The notes: a model not told the origin generated them from the sequence alone. Positions 10,606 to 24,076 are shown, counted from the stretch's first letter. The stretch: DNA of 64,000 nucleotides from Cellvibrionaceae bacterium (GCA_050300015.1 JBNKWZ010000008.1:125393-189392); one strand, 5' to 3'. A program made the numbers and translations.

Positions 10606-11520
10606 ATGACCAAACCTAAACGAAAAGGCCTGGGGCGCGGATTGGATGCCCTGTTAAGTACAAATTCTAGTCTTAATGCACCTCAAGGTGCTAATCACGC
10701 TGATGCCTCCTCACTTGACACCAAACCTAAAGATGGGATTTTGGCCGATTTGCCCATAGAGTTTTTGCAACGAGGAAAGTACCAGCCGAGAACCGATATG
10801 CAACAGGAATCCCTACAAGAGTTGGCGGATTCCATTAAAGCCCAAGGGGTGATGCAGCCGATTGTCGTGAGGCCGATCGGTGATCAAAAATACGAAATCA
10901 TTGCCGGTGAACGCCGTTGGCGAGCGAGCCAGTTGGCGGGACTTGATAAAATTCCTGCGGTGATTCGCGATGTGCCCGATGAGGCTGCCATTGCAATGGC
11001 GTTGATTGAAAATATTCAGCGTGAAGACCTGAATCCGGTTGAAGAGGCAGTGGCTTTAAAACGCTTACAGGAAGAATTTGAACTCACGCATCAGGAAGTG
11101 GCCACCGCTGTGGGTAAATCGCGTACTGCCGTGTCAAACACTTTACGCTTGTTAAATTTGTGCGCAGAAGTTCGCACCTTACTTGAGCATGGCGATATTG
11201 AAATGGGGCATGCACGGTCACTGTTAACTTTAGAGACGCAAGCCCAAAAATATTTGGCGAACACCGTTGTGGCCAAATCCCTATCAGTCCGTCAGACCGA
11301 GGCCTTGGTACGAAAATATCAAGCAGAAGAAAATAAACCCAAGCAAGCGCCGGTAAAAGAAAACGCCGATATCACCAAATTACAGGATGCCCTCTCAGAT
11401 AAAATTGGCGTACCCGTGATGGTGCAGCATTCTGCAAAGGGGTCGGGCAAGTTGGTTTTGAAATACAGTAACCTCGACGAGTTGGATGGTATTTTAAACC
11501 ACATGGGTTATGAGGCTTAA
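10606..11520 (+). CDS. parB: Chromosome partitioning protein ParB (Spo0J)
   Basis: 304 aa with ParB box IIAGERRWRAS and a helix-turn-helix region. Confidence 0.92.
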   Translation: MTKPKRKGLGRGLDALLSTNSSLNAPQGANHADASSLDTKPKDGILADLPIEFLQRGKYQPRTDMQQESLQELADSIKAQGVMQPIVVRPIGDQKYEIIAGERRWRASQLAGLDKIPAVIRDVPDEAAIAMALIENIQREDLNPVEEAVALKRLQEEFELTHQEVATAVGKSRTAVSNTLRLLNLCAEVRTLLEHGDIEMGHARSLLTLETQAQKYLANTVVAKSLSVRQTEALVRKYQAEENKPKQAPVKENADITKLQDALSDKIGVPVMVQHSAKGSGKLVLKYSNLDELDGILNHMGYEA

Positions 11521-11753
11521 GGTCTCTTCTAAAAATACATTTTATTGTAATAGCGGCACAAGCCCGGTCATCGAATCCTTACAAATTGGCAGGATAGCCA
11601 ATTAGCTAAGCTCAGTTGCCCGCGGGGCGAATCACAAGGAAGTGATTCATGATTTGCCCCTTGTAAACTTCGGTTCTCGGAAACTGCTCCGTGCGGTGTT
11701 ACTGCTTTCACGAAGAAACTTCCATTTTTATAAGTGTCCTTAAATAAAATCTT

Positions 11754-12557
11754 CTAAAAGTCTTTGCTAATTTGTAAACCAATGGAATAGGTTTCTAATT
11801 CTGTGTGCGGATGAAAAAACACGGCATCCAGTGTTTGACCATTGCGTGCTAGCCATACTGGGCGGCTTTGTTCAATTTCAGTAAATTCATAAATCAAATT
11901 CAAACCCATCATCCAGTCGTAGGGAAGTCTTTTCCCGATATAGAGATGACTCATTAGTGTGTAGTCCATACCTAGGTGAACATCTGAATCATCATAGACC
12001 TCTTCAAAGTCTACGGTCATATGAGATCGAAATGCCATCTTGGCGTTGAATTCAAAATCCACGCGAAATTGGTCGGTGTGAATGATGACTTGTTTGAACC
12101 CTACAAACCCTTGTCGTTGGTCTAAGTATTCATTCAGAGTACCACTCAGGTTATTTGCGCCAATATAGCGGTCTCGAGTATTCGCTTGATACCCTAAATA
12201 CACCACCGTGGTGACAAAGGATTTTCCAAAGATGTAATGGTCACTTTCCAGCTTATAGAAAGTTTGGGTTTTTATGGGTTGGCCTAATTGAGAATAACCT
12301 AGGTAGTCGACTTGATCGTTACCGGTATAATGCCCGTATTCAAAATAGTACTGATTTTGTTTTTGATACCCAATACTAAACCCCATAGTGGGGATGATGC
12401 CGGATTCTTCGTTAATTGCGAAGCCTTCATTCCACTCCACAAAGTTCACATAGTTTAATTGATTGTTTAATTCCAAAAATAATCCGTCGTACGCTTGCGC
12501 GTATGTGGACCAAGCTAAAAAAAATATAAGCAGTATATAGGCTAAAGTCATCAACAC
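11754..12557 (-). CDS. Putative outer-membrane beta-barrel protein (MipA/OmpV-like)
   Basis: 267 aa with a signal peptide (LLIFFLAWSTYAQA), alternating aromatic beta-strand pattern and C-terminal Phe. AT-rich composition relative to neighbours. Confidence 0.55.
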   Translation of the reverse strand: MLMTLAYILLIFFLAWSTYAQAYDGLFLELNNQLNYVNFVEWNEGFAINEESGIIPTMGFSIGYQKQNQYYFEYGHYTGNDQVDYLGYSQLGQPIKTQTFYKLESDHYIFGKSFVTTVVYLGYQANTRDRYIGANNLSGTLNEYLDQRQGFVGFKQVIIHTDQFRVDFEFNAKMAFRSHMTVDFEEVYDDSDVHLGMDYTLMSHLYIGKRLPYDWMMGLNLIYEFTEIEQSRPVWLARNGQTLDAVFFHPHTELETYSIGLQISKDF

Positions 12558-12588
12558 ACCAAACCTATTTCAAGAACCTGTGCGGCAC

Positions 12589-13614
12589 TTACAAAGCATC
12601 TACTGACAATTGACGTAGTGCCAAGTCGTACCACGTAGTGTACTGAACTTCATCAATAATATTATCTGCGCCATAATCCAAAAGTAGTTTGACGCTAGTG
12701 CCATCCAAAATATCAATAATCAAATTATCTGAACCACCATTGACTTTGATTACGCCAGAAACGGGTACGGAATAACCCACGCCCTGTAGAGGTTTGAGTG
12801 TTTCATACTCGATTAAGGTATCATTAAGAGTGAAGTCCACAAACTTTGAAACCATGTTGATTTGGTATTCCCCGGTTTGTGAATTGACCCACTTATGGGA
12901 TTGGAACTCGAGTGTTTGATAGGAAGTATCAGCTGCGTAATAAAGATCCTGTGCATAAATATCGGTATAAATGGTAATGCCATCTTGACTTTCCACTTGA
13001 TAATTCAATTGGCCGTTAATAACAAAAGGCAAAAAACCACTAAATGTGATGGCGAGTTGATTGACCTTAACTTGGCTGGTTATATTGTAGTTTTGCATGG
13101 TAAGCAACTGGTTTAACGCGGCATTAAACTCAATATCTAAAACGCCGTTGAGCGCCATATACCCTTGATTGCAATGACTGAATGAGGTGTTAAACGTCAT
13201 AGCCAAGGTTTCGTCAAAATTGATTTGAATGTTTTGGCCAGTACTGGTTAAGGAGGCCGCTACACCTACGTCACCATCATATAAACATTTAACGGGTAGC
13301 ATGGTGATCACCACGCCGGTGGCCATATCTACAATTTGTTGGTTTTGCTCGCGTATAATCGCTACGTTGGTATCCACTGCGGTAGTGCTAAAGTCGCTTA
13401 ACAAAACAGCCTTTAATGTGCTGCTAGCAACAGCATTGAAGTTTTCGCTGTTAAGTGAAATGGGCGATAAATTTTTACTGTTGGTTTTGTTGTAAACTTG
13501 TGTAATAGGTGTGGAGGTTGAGGCCACCTTTTTGGGCGCGCTCTGCTCACAAGCGCCAAGCAATACGATGTATGTGACGATAAACCCATAATGGATTAGC
13601 TGCGTAATACTCAT
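12589..13614 (-). CDS. Putative lipoprotein, N/Q/T/S-rich
   Basis: Start ATG at 13614 is preceded by GGAGAAAGG. Lipobox LLGAC, then a low-complexity polar beta-rich sequence. The track ORF extends to 13734, but the internal Met with an RBS is preferred. Confidence 0.6.
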   Translation of the reverse strand: MSITQLIHYGFIVTYIVLLGACEQSAPKKVASTSTPITQVYNKTNSKNLSPISLNSENFNAVASSTLKAVLLSDFSTTAVDTNVAIIREQNQQIVDMATGVVITMLPVKCLYDGDVGVAASLTSTGQNIQINFDETLAMTFNTSFSHCNQGYMALNGVLDIEFNAALNQLLTMQNYNITSQVKVNQLAITFSGFLPFVINGQLNYQVESQDGITIYTDIYAQDLYYAADTSYQTLEFQSHKWVNSQTGEYQINMVSKFVDFTLNDTLIEYETLKPLQGVGYSVPVSGVIKVNGGSDNLIIDILDGTSVKLLLDYGADNIIDEVQYTTWYDLALRQLSVDAL

Positions 13615-14520
13615 AACCTTTCTCCGATTCCTAACAACCTGGTGGTTTGTTAAGGCGCTATTTATCATTTTTATAATAGTGTTGTCGCTATATTCGAATA
13701 CAGCTTTTTGCCCTGAAGTGTTTAACTTTTGCAACGAAGTTAATGATCGATTGTTTGCCGTAATATTGATTGATCAGGCACACTCAACCCGCCCTATTTG
13801 CTGGCAGGCTTGCGCCTGAAGAGCAATGGGAGTACAAAAGACTTTTATCCTTTGGCCCAAAGCCGGGCTCAGACTGCTATTTAAGATGCATTGTTATAGG
13901 CTGGTGAAAGGACGCCAATGTGTAATATTTTGTGTATTGGGTATCGGCTTTCCGTCCAACTTGACTAAGACTGTTAAAGCGAGGATGGGTCAAAAAAGCC
14001 CAACCTGCCCTGCGGTGGTTTGTCAAATGAAACTGGATAACTTCAGTATAGAAAGCCATTGAAAAGAAAACCGTGTAAAGGTCACTGTTCGTCGGATTGT
14101 GTGGCACGAAAATCAACCCAAAAGGGGCCAACTCGTGAAATTGTGACTTAGGTATAAATTGTGAGTTATACGAAAGACCCATCATACAAAAGCCTTATAT
14201 CGAGAAGAATCCTATCTAAGCGAGTTACACCACAATTCCACCAAATGGCATTTGGTTAAATATTAACCAATATGCAATCCATCGTCAGTGGTTGAACCCT
14301 GAGCACTTTAAACCTATAATCGGCCTCGCCCTCCCACTGGGAATAAGATCATCTATTAAGGGCGCATTGAGTGTTGGAATTTTGACAGGTCTATTGGGGT
14401 TACCTCCTACCTGGAATGTCAGGCTGATACCGAGCCACTTTGATTTAGGGTTTGATGACGACTTCGCGGATGTTTTTATGATGACGCGAGAATCAGCCTT
14501 GCTCAATCTATGGTAATGGT

Positions 14521-14961
14521 TTGACACCCATCGAGAACAACAAACGCAAAGGTATGCGGCCGGTACTTTCTGTTTTGGTATTTGAAAGTGGTGTCGCATT
14601 GCTGATATTCGTGCTGAGCTTGCCATTTGTGCAATGGCTTACCTCGGTATCGTTATTTGTGGGTGGTGTTATCTTTGTCATACCCAATACTTACTTCACG
14701 TTATATGCCTTTCGCTACCAAGGTGCGCAGTGGTCCCATCTGATCGCGCAGTCTTTTTTGCAGGGGCAGATGGGTAAATTGGCGTTAAGCGCGGTGGCTT
14801 TTGCATTGGTGTTTCGTTTTTATCCAACACTGAATGCAATAGCCCTATTTGGATCGTACGGTGTGTTAATGGTTGTTCACGTTGCTGTGGCCAGTTGGGT
14901 CAGCAATAACCAAAGCCAGGTAATGAATGACAGCCCTAACAACACTGAACGTAAATTTTGA
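14521..14961 (+). CDS. atpI: ATP synthase protein I (AtpI); start may be the ATG at 14554
   Basis: Small hydrophobic 4-TM-like protein directly upstream of atpB. The track start is TTG; the internal MRPVLSV is a more likely start. Confidence 0.75.
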   Translation: MTPIENNKRKGMRPVLSVLVFESGVALLIFVLSLPFVQWLTSVSLFVGGVIFVIPNTYFTLYAFRYQGAQWSHLIAQSFLQGQMGKLALSAVAFALVFRFYPTLNAIALFGSYGVLMVVHVAVASWVSNNQSQVMNDSPNNTERKF

Positions 14962-14978
14962 CTTATATAAGTATTTGA

Positions 14979-15899
<921 letters not shown>

Positions 15900-15931
15900 T
15901 TTTTTAACTTTTCATTCTTAATTCAACTTAA

Positions 15932-16192
<261 letters not shown>

Positions 16193-16232
16193 TTCGTCCC
16201 GTTATCAATGGTTTAACTAAATAGGTGGTGGT

Positions 16233-16703
16233 GTGAACATAACCGCAACGTTAATCGGTCAGTCCATTACTTTTATCGTGTTTGTTTTGTTCTGCATGAA
16301 GTTCGTTTGGCCTGCTCTGCTCGGTGTGATGCAAGAGCGTGAAAAACGAATCGCAGATGGCCTTCAAGCGGCAGAACGCGCAGATAAAGATCTCGAACTG
16401 GCCCAGCAAAAAGCCTCTGATAAATTGCGCGAAGCAAAAGAGCAAGCGAACGAGATACTCGAGCAAGCCAAACGCCGCGCAAATCAGGTGGTTGAGCAAG
16501 CCAGCGAGCAAGCCAAAGAAGAAGCCTTGCGCATTAAGTCTCAGGCAGAGGCAGAGATTTCTCGCGAGATCACCGCGGCAAGAGAGTCCTTACGTGCAGA
16601 AGTGGCGACACTGGCGCTGGCGGGAGCTGAAAAAGTTTTGGCCGAATCTATTGATGCGAACAAACATGCGGCGATGCTGAACAAGCTATCGGCGCAGTTG
16701 TAA
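16233..16703 (+). CDS. atpF: F0F1 ATP synthase subunit b
   Basis: 156 aa (GTG start) with an N-terminal TM helix followed by a long charged coiled coil. Confidence 0.95.
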   Translation: MNITATLIGQSITFIVFVLFCMKFVWPALLGVMQEREKRIADGLQAAERADKDLELAQQKASDKLREAKEQANEILEQAKRRANQVVEQASEQAKEEALRIKSQAEAEISREITAARESLRAEVATLALAGAEKVLAESIDANKHAAMLNKLSAQL

Positions 16704-16715
16704 GCGGAGGAACCC

Positions 16716-17252
16716 ATGGCCGAATTAACGACCCCGGCACGGCCCTATGCGAAAGCGGCATTTGAAGTTGCCAAGGAAGGAGGCGCGCTGGATGCGTGGG
16801 CAAAACATTTAGCGATTGTTGAAGCGGTCATTCTCGATGAGAAGATTCAACAGCTTTTAGATTCTCCAGCTTTGACCGCAACACAAAAAAGCGACGCGTT
16901 AATGGGTGTTCTTGGAGACACCGTTGATAAACCTTTTTCGAACTTTTTATCGACACTGGCCTTGAACAAGCGCTTGGCATTGATTCCGACGATAAAACAA
17001 ATGTTTCTCGCGTTAAAAGCACAACAAGAAAAAACCATTGAAGTCGACATTGTTTCTGCTTATGAATTGTCAGCCGAGACCACTGATACGCTTACTAAGG
17101 CGTTGAAGGCGAAGCTAGACAGAGAAGTGAGCATGAAGGCTTCTGTGGATATTAGTTTGATAGGTGGGGCGTTAATTCGCGCCGGTGATACAGTCATAGA
17201 TGGTTCGGTCAAGGGGCGATTAGCCAAACTTGCCGAAGCCATGAACTCCTAA
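16716..17252 (+). CDS. atpH: F0F1 ATP synthase subunit delta
   Basis: 178 aa. N-terminal [11 protein letters not shown] is typical of delta/OSCP. Confidence 0.95.
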   Translation: MAELTTPARPYAKAAFEVAKEGGALDAWAKHLAIVEAVILDEKIQQLLDSPALTATQKSDALMGVLGDTVDKPFSNFLSTLALNKRLALIPTIKQMFLALKAQQEKTIEVDIVSAYELSAETTDTLTKALKAKLDREVSMKASVDISLIGGALIRAGDTVIDGSVKGRLAKLAEAMNS

Positions 17253-17275
17253 TCGATAGGATTGAGGATTTAAGC

Positions 17276-18820
17276 ATGCAGCAGCTGAACCCTTCTGAAA
17301 TCAGTGAAATTATCAAGCAGCGAATAGAAAAACTAGACGTTGCGGTTGAAGCGAAAAATGAAGGCACCGTTGTTTCCGTAACAGACGGTATTATTCGCAT
17401 CCACGGGCTTGCCGATGTTATGTACGGCGAGATGATTGAATTTGAAGGGGGTGTTTACGGCATCGCCCTCAACCTTGAGCGCGACTCAGTGGGTGCTGTG
17501 ATCCTTGGTGACTACAAGGGTGTGGCCGAAGGTCAGACATGCAAATGTACCGGTCGTATCTTAGAAGTGCCCGTGGGTGAAGAACTGTTGGGCCGAGTAG
17601 TGGATGCATTGGGGAATGCCATTGATGGCAAGGGCCCTATTAATGCTAAGGCTACCGATGCAGTTGAAAAAATTGCACCAGGTGTTATTGCTCGCCAATC
17701 GGTGGATCAACCTGTGCAAATTGGCCTTAAAGCGATTGATGCCATGGTACCCATTGGGCGTGGCCAGCGTGAGTTGATTATTGGTGACCGTCAAACAGGT
17801 AAAACCGCGGTGGCGGTGGATGCGATCATCAACCAAAAAGGCACGGGTGTTAAATGTGTTTATGTGGCCGTGGGCCAAAAAGCCTCTTCGATTGCGTCGG
17901 TTGTGCGTAAATTGGAAGAGCACGGCGCCATGGATCACACCATTGTTGTAGCCGCCTCTGCGTCCGACCCTGCTGCTATGCAATTTTTGGCACCCTTCGG
18001 GGGTTGTACCATGGGTGAGTACTTCCGGGACCGTGGCGAAGACGCGCTTATTATTTATGATGATTTAACCAAACAAGCATGGGCTTACCGTCAAATCTCC
18101 TTGTTGCTGCGTCGCCCACCCGGCCGTGAAGCTTATCCGGGTGATGTTTTCTATTTACATTCTCGTTTGTTGGAGCGTGCTGCTCGTGTTAACGCAACTT
18201 ATGTTGAGCAATTGACCAAAGGTGCGGTTAAGGGCAAAACCGGTTCGTTAACCGCATTGCCGATTATTGAGACACAAGCGGGCGATGTATCGGCTTTTGT
18301 ACCTACCAACGTGATTTCGATTACTGATGGTCAGATCTTCTTAGAAAGTAGTTTGTTTAACTCCGGTATTCGCCCGGCCATGAACGCTGGTATTTCAGTA
18401 TCGCGTGTGGGTGGGGCTGCGCAAACCAAAGTGATTAAGAAATTGTCGGGTGGTATTCGTACAGCACTGGCTCAATACCGCGAGCTGGCAGCGTTCTCGC
18501 AATTTGCCTCTGATTTGGATGAAGCAACCAAAGCGCAATTGGAACACGGTCAACGCGTAACAGAATTGATGAAGCAAAAGCAATTCGCACCATTGTCCAT
18601 TGCTGAAATGGCGGTTGTACTTTACGCGGCGAACGAAGGCTACTTAAAAGATGTTCCGGTTGAGAAAATTGGTGATTTCGAAGAGTCGTTGCTCGCTTAC
18701 ATGCACAGTGAGAATGGTGAGCTGATGAATACCATTGTAAGCACAGGCAACTTCAACGACGACATTGCACAAGGCATTAAAACGGCGTTGGACAAATTTA
18801 AATCCACGCAAACTTGGTAA
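17276..18820 (+). CDS. atpA: F0F1 ATP synthase subunit alpha
   Basis: 514 aa with P-loop GDRQTGKTA. Confidence 0.97.
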   Translation: MQQLNPSEISEIIKQRIEKLDVAVEAKNEGTVVSVTDGIIRIHGLADVMYGEMIEFEGGVYGIALNLERDSVGAVILGDYKGVAEGQTCKCTGRILEVPVGEELLGRVVDALGNAIDGKGPINAKATDAVEKIAPGVIARQSVDQPVQIGLKAIDAMVPIGRGQRELIIGDRQTGKTAVAVDAIINQKGTGVKCVYVAVGQKASSIASVVRKLEEHGAMDHTIVVAASASDPAAMQFLAPFGGCTMGEYFRDRGEDALIIYDDLTKQAWAYRQISLLLRRPPGREAYPGDVFYLHSRLLERAARVNATYVEQLTKGAVKGKTGSLTALPIIETQAGDVSAFVPTNVISITDGQIFLESSLFNSGIRPAMNAGISVSRVGGAAQTKVIKKLSGGIRTALAQYRELAAFSQFASDLDEATKAQLEHGQRVTELMKQKQFAPLSIAEMAVVLYAANEGYLKDVPVEKIGDFEESLLAYMHSENGELMNTIVSTGNFNDDIAQGIKTALDKFKSTQTW

Positions 18821-18866
18821 CCCCTTTTTTGTTACGGCTTAACGTCGTTAATTAAGAGCATTTAAA

Positions 18867-19727
18867 ATGGCAAGCGGAAAAGAGATACGTTCCCAAATTG
18901 GGAGTATTAAAAATACGCAGAAAATTACCAGCGCGATGGAAATGGTCGCGGCCAGTAAAATGCGCCGTGCTCAAAATCGCATGGAAAAGGGTAAGCCCTA
19001 CGCTGACCGTATCCGTACGGTTGTGGGGCATTTGGCCCACGCAAATCCCGAATACAAGCATGCCTATTTGGAAGATCGAGAAGTTAAACGAATCGGCATT
19101 ATTGTGGTGTCTACCGATCGCGGTTTATGTGGTGGTTTGAACGTCAATGTATTTAAAAAGGCCATTGGCGTTTCTCGAGAGTGGTCAGAGCAAAATGTTC
19201 AGACGGATTTATGCTTGTTGGGGGCCAAAGCGGCTGCGTTTTTTAAGAGCATTGGTGGCAATGTTGTGGCCTCAGCACGAGATTTGGGTGAAGAGCCTTC
19301 GTTAACGCAACTGATCGGCAGTATTAAAGTGATGCTAGATGCCTTTACCGAAGGCAAGATCGATAAGCTTTATTTGGTGGCTAATGAATTCGTCAACACG
19401 ATGACGCAAAAGCCTTTTGCCCACCAGCTGTTACCCATTAAGCCGGATGAAGATTTGCAGGTTAAGCACTCGTGGGATTATATCTATGAGCCTGATGCGC
19501 GCGAATTATTGGATGGCTTATTGGTGCGTTATATCGAGTCGCAAGTGTACCAAGGGTTGGTGGAAAACGGCGCTTGCGAACAATCCGCGCGAATGATCGC
19601 TATGAAAAATGCCACAGACAATGCCGGCAACCTGATTGATGATTTGCAATTGGTTTATAACAAGGCGCGGCAAGCGGCGATTACACAAGAGTTGTCTGAA
19701 ATTGTAAGCGGTGCGGCAGCAGTCTAG
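18867..19727 (+). CDS. atpG: F0F1 ATP synthase subunit gamma
   Basis: 286 aa beginning [33 protein letters not shown]. Confidence 0.95.
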   Translation: MASGKEIRSQIGSIKNTQKITSAMEMVAASKMRRAQNRMEKGKPYADRIRTVVGHLAHANPEYKHAYLEDREVKRIGIIVVSTDRGLCGGLNVNVFKKAIGVSREWSEQNVQTDLCLLGAKAAAFFKSIGGNVVASARDLGEEPSLTQLIGSIKVMLDAFTEGKIDKLYLVANEFVNTMTQKPFAHQLLPIKPDEDLQVKHSWDYIYEPDARELLDGLLVRYIESQVYQGLVENGACEQSARMIAMKNATDNAGNLIDDLQLVYNKARQAAITQELSEIVSGAAAV

Positions 19728-19775
19728 CGTAGAGGCGAGCACCCATACCGGTTTTTTATTAATTATTCAGTTTAG

Positions 19776-21191
<1,416 letters not shown>

Positions 21192-21221
21192 CCGTTAGCT
21201 TAAGCTTAACAAGGGGTTCTT

Positions 21222-21647
21222 ATGGCAATGACCTTTCATTGCGACATTGTAAGTGCAGAAGATGAAATCTTCTCCGGCCTTGTGGAGTTGCTTGTGGCAG
21301 CAGGCACTGAGGGTGACGTGGGTATTACCTATGGCCACGCACCTTTATTAACAAGTTTGCGCCCAGGGCCGATTCGAGTGAAACGTCAAGGTGGCGACGA
21401 AGAGGTTTATTATATTTCCAGTGGTTTTTTGGAAGTTCAACCTAACTCGGTCACAGTCTTGGCGGATACAGCTCTACGCGCGGGCGATATGGATGAGGCT
21501 GCCGCACTTGAGGCGAAAAAGCAGGCCGAGGCCGCATTGAGTAATCAAAGCAGTGAATTGGATTATTCGCGCGCTGCGATTCAGCTGGCCGAAGCCGCTG
21601 CACAACTTCGTACATTACAAGCCGTTCGTAAAAACTTGGGCAAATAA
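21222..21647 (+). CDS. atpC: F0F1 ATP synthase subunit epsilon
   Basis: 141 aa. Position and size match epsilon. Confidence 0.95.
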   Translation: MAMTFHCDIVSAEDEIFSGLVELLVAAGTEGDVGITYGHAPLLTSLRPGPIRVKRQGGDEEVYYISSGFLEVQPNSVTVLADTALRAGDMDEAAALEAKKQAEAALSNQSSELDYSRAAIQLAEAAAQLRTLQAVRKNLGK

Positions 21648-21668
21648 AGTCGCTTCAATACAATTTAA

Positions 21669-21763
21669 CTATTAACCCGGCAATTAAATACATCTCCTAT
21701 CTATTTAATTGCGGCATGTCCTTGTGCCGCATTAACCTGAGATAAAAGGTTGCCGAGTTAATG
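21669..21763 (+). mobile_element. MITE-like repeat copy A (95 bp) with terminal inverted repeats CTATTAACCC / GAGTTAATG and internal hairpin GCGGCATGTCCTTGTGCCGC
   Basis: Aligns end to end with the 87-bp copy at 27447-27533 (same TIRs, same core hairpin, same ATAAAAGG segment). Lies between the atpC stop and the atp terminator. Confidence 0.65.
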
Positions 21764-21783
21764 TTCGTGTTCGGGTAAATCAA

Positions 21784-21809
21784 AAGGTGGCTTAGGCCAC
21801 CTTTTTTGT
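21784..21809 (+). terminator. Rho-independent terminator of the atp operon
   Basis: Stem AAGGTGGC / GCCACCTT with loop TTAG, followed by TTTTTTG. Confidence 0.8.
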
Positions 21810-21865
21810 GTGCGTTTGCGCTAAACCAACCCAATGAACATCGCTTGGTAATACAGGACATCAAA

Positions 21866-23224
21866 ATGTTTCAAGCTTATATTTTGGCGGCCGGAAAAGG
21901 CACGCGAATGAAATCGAACCTACCCAAGGTTTTGCATCCTATTGCGGGTAAGCCCATGGTAATGCACGTGATAGACGCCTGTAAGGTACTGTCACCCAGC
22001 CAAATAACTCTGGTTGTTGGTCATGGCGCGGAACACGTTCGTGCAAGACTGGGTGATCAAACGCTTGAGTACGTTGAACAAGAAACACAAAAAGGTACGG
22101 GGCACGCGGTACAAATGGGTTTGTCCGGTTTTTCTCCCGAGCAGACCGTGCTGATTTTATACGGTGATGTGCCATTGATTGCCACCGAGACCTTGTCTGA
22201 AATGTTGAATTTGGTCGATGCCAATAGCATGGGGCTGCTCACGGTAGTACTTGATGATCCTACCGGCTACGGTCGTATTGTGCGAGATGAGCAAGGTGCC
22301 GTCACTCAAATTGTTGAGCACAAAGATGCCGATGCAACAACCCTGGCCATTCAAGAGGTGAACACCGGGATTATGGCCGTTAAGGGTGCTCACCTATTAA
22401 AGTGGTTGCCGTGCTTGAACAACAACAATGCCCAGGGCGAGTACTACTTAACAGACATTATTGCCATGGCCCATGCAGAGGGTGTGACCATCAATAGCTG
22501 TCACCCAGGCGCGGTGTTTGAAGTGATGGGTGTGAATGATCACCAGCAACAGGCGCTATTAGAGCGAATCGCTCAATCTCAAATTGCGAAGACTTTAATG
22601 GCCGAAGGCCTCACGCTAATGGATCCCGCCCGTTTTGATTGTCGGGGACAACTGAGCGTGGGTAGAGATTGTGTGGTGGACGTGAACTGCATTTTTGAAG
22701 GTCAGGTCACGCTTGGGGATGGCGTTGTGGTGGGCGCCAACTGCATCATCAAAAACAGCGTTATTGAAAGTGGTGCAATTCTCTCACCCAATAGCATTGT
22801 CGAAAATGCCACCGTAGGGCCGAATTGCCAGGTGGGGCCCTACGCGCGGTTGCGCCCAGGTAGCGTCATGCACAGTAATGCCAAAGTGGGCAATTTTGTG
22901 GAAGTGAAAAAGTCCACCATCGGTCAGGGCAGCAAGGTGAATCATCTCAGTTACATTGGTGATGCGGTACTGGGTGATAACGTGAACATCGGAGCCGGAA
23001 CCATAACCTGTAACTACGACGGCGTGAATAAGCATCAAACCCATATTGCCAACCATGTGTTTGTGGGGTCGAATTCAGCATTGGTCGCGCCAGTGAGTAT
23101 TGGAACATCCGCTACTATTGCAGCGGGCTCCACTGTTACGGGGGATGTAAAAGACCACCAATTGGCCGTGGCGCGCATGCGCCAAAAAAATCTAGACGGT
23201 TGGCAACGACCTTCCAAAAAATAA
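21866..23224 (+). CDS. glmU: Bifunctional UDP-N-acetylglucosamine pyrophosphorylase / glucosamine-1-phosphate N-acetyltransferase GlmU
   Basis: Start moved to the internal ATG MFQAYILAAGKGTRM, which matches the GlmU N-terminus and carries the nucleotide-binding LAAGKGTRM motif. Hexapeptide-repeat left-handed beta-helix at the C-terminus. Confidence 0.93.
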   Translation: MFQAYILAAGKGTRMKSNLPKVLHPIAGKPMVMHVIDACKVLSPSQITLVVGHGAEHVRARLGDQTLEYVEQETQKGTGHAVQMGLSGFSPEQTVLILYGDVPLIATETLSEMLNLVDANSMGLLTVVLDDPTGYGRIVRDEQGAVTQIVEHKDADATTLAIQEVNTGIMAVKGAHLLKWLPCLNNNNAQGEYYLTDIIAMAHAEGVTINSCHPGAVFEVMGVNDHQQQALLERIAQSQIAKTLMAEGLTLMDPARFDCRGQLSVGRDCVVDVNCIFEGQVTLGDGVVVGANCIIKNSVIESGAILSPNSIVENATVGPNCQVGPYARLRPGSVMHSNAKVGNFVEVKKSTIGQGSKVNHLSYIGDAVLGDNVNIGAGTITCNYDGVNKHQTHIANHVFVGSNSALVAPVSIGTSATIAAGSTVTGDVKDHQLAVARMRQKNLDGWQRPSKK

Positions 23225-23305
23225 ATTAATATTTTAAAACGAAAGTTAATTGGGCTATCATCTTACATTAATACTAGTGCTTAGGCTGAAAAGCCTCAGG
23301 ATATC

Positions 23306-24076
23306 ATGAATATTTCTGAAAGAAAGGCCAAAATAAGCGAATTTTTGCTGAAGTACGGCGAAGTTCGAGTGGATTATCTTTCGAAAGAGCTTTCCACTTC
23401 GGAGGTTACGATTCGAAAGGACTTAGCCGATCTTGAAGCCCAAGGTGCCTTGATTCGTCGTTTTGGAGGGGCTGTTTTACCCAGCCATTCAGCCTTGTCC
23501 TCGCCAGTAACACCTAAGATTACACGCTTAAAGCAGGCCATTGCCCAGCACGCGGCTGCCCTGGTGGTACCAGGTAGTCGGCTGGTGATCGATAGTGGCA
23601 GTACCGCCAGCGCTTTGGTGCCCTATTTGCGTGAAATCCCACAGCTGGTAGTGATGACCAATTCCTTAGAGACCGCCGAAACCCTGATCCACATGCCCAA
23701 TGACATTACCGTGTTAATGCCCGGCGGGACTTGGGATAGGCGTTCCGAAGCCTTTCAAGGCCACTTGGCCGAAAAAATGTTGGCATTTTATGACTTCGAC
23801 TGGGCTTTTATCGGTGCGGATGGACTGGACCTCGCACGGGGAACCACCACTTTTAATGAGTTCACAGGGTTGAGTCGTGCCATGGCAAAAGCGGCCAAAT
23901 CCGTAGTGGTATTGGCCGAGTCGGTCAAAGTGGGCCGTAGGATGCCTAACTTGGAGCTCGCATGGGACCAAATTGACCACTTGATTACCGATCGCGGTTT
24001 GGATGATCAAGACGAACAGCAATTAATGGCTGCCGGCGTTCGTGTGACGCGGGCCATGCCACCGATCAACGATTAG
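23306..24076 (+). CDS. DeoR-family transcriptional regulator (GlmR-like, sits between glmU and glmS as in Pseudomonas)
   Basis: 256 aa with an N-terminal DeoR helix-turn-helix and a C-terminal sugar-phosphate-binding DeoR_C-like domain. Confidence 0.85.
   Translation: MNISERKAKISEFLLKYGEVRVDYLSKELSTSEVTIRKDLADLEAQGALIRRFGGAVLPSHSALSSPVTPKITRLKQAIAQHAAALVVPGSRLVIDSGSTASALVPYLREIPQLVVMTNSLETAETLIHMPNDITVLMPGGTWDRRSEAFQGHLAEKMLAFYDFDWAFIGADGLDLARGTTTFNEFTGLSRAMAKAAKSVVVLAESVKVGRRMPNLELAWDQIDHLITDRGLDDQDEQQLMAAGVRVTRAMPPIND

Noticed and set aside
11690-11725. parS-like sequence TGCTTTCACGAAGAAAC downstream of parB
   Set aside because: It matches only a half-site (TTTCAC) and is not the palindromic TGTTNCACGTGAAACA. 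I could not find a convincing parS in this window.
14285-14626. Overlapping ORF pair 14285-14626 (-) and 14292-14516 (+) upstream of atpI
   Set aside because: The two ORFs are mutually overlapping with no RBS, low-complexity translations and no motif. The region is more plausibly atp promoter or leader.
16339-16680. K/R-rich 113-aa ORF in an alternate frame of atpF
   Set aside because: It is a frame-shifted reading of the charged coiled coil of subunit b. The atpF frame is the real one.
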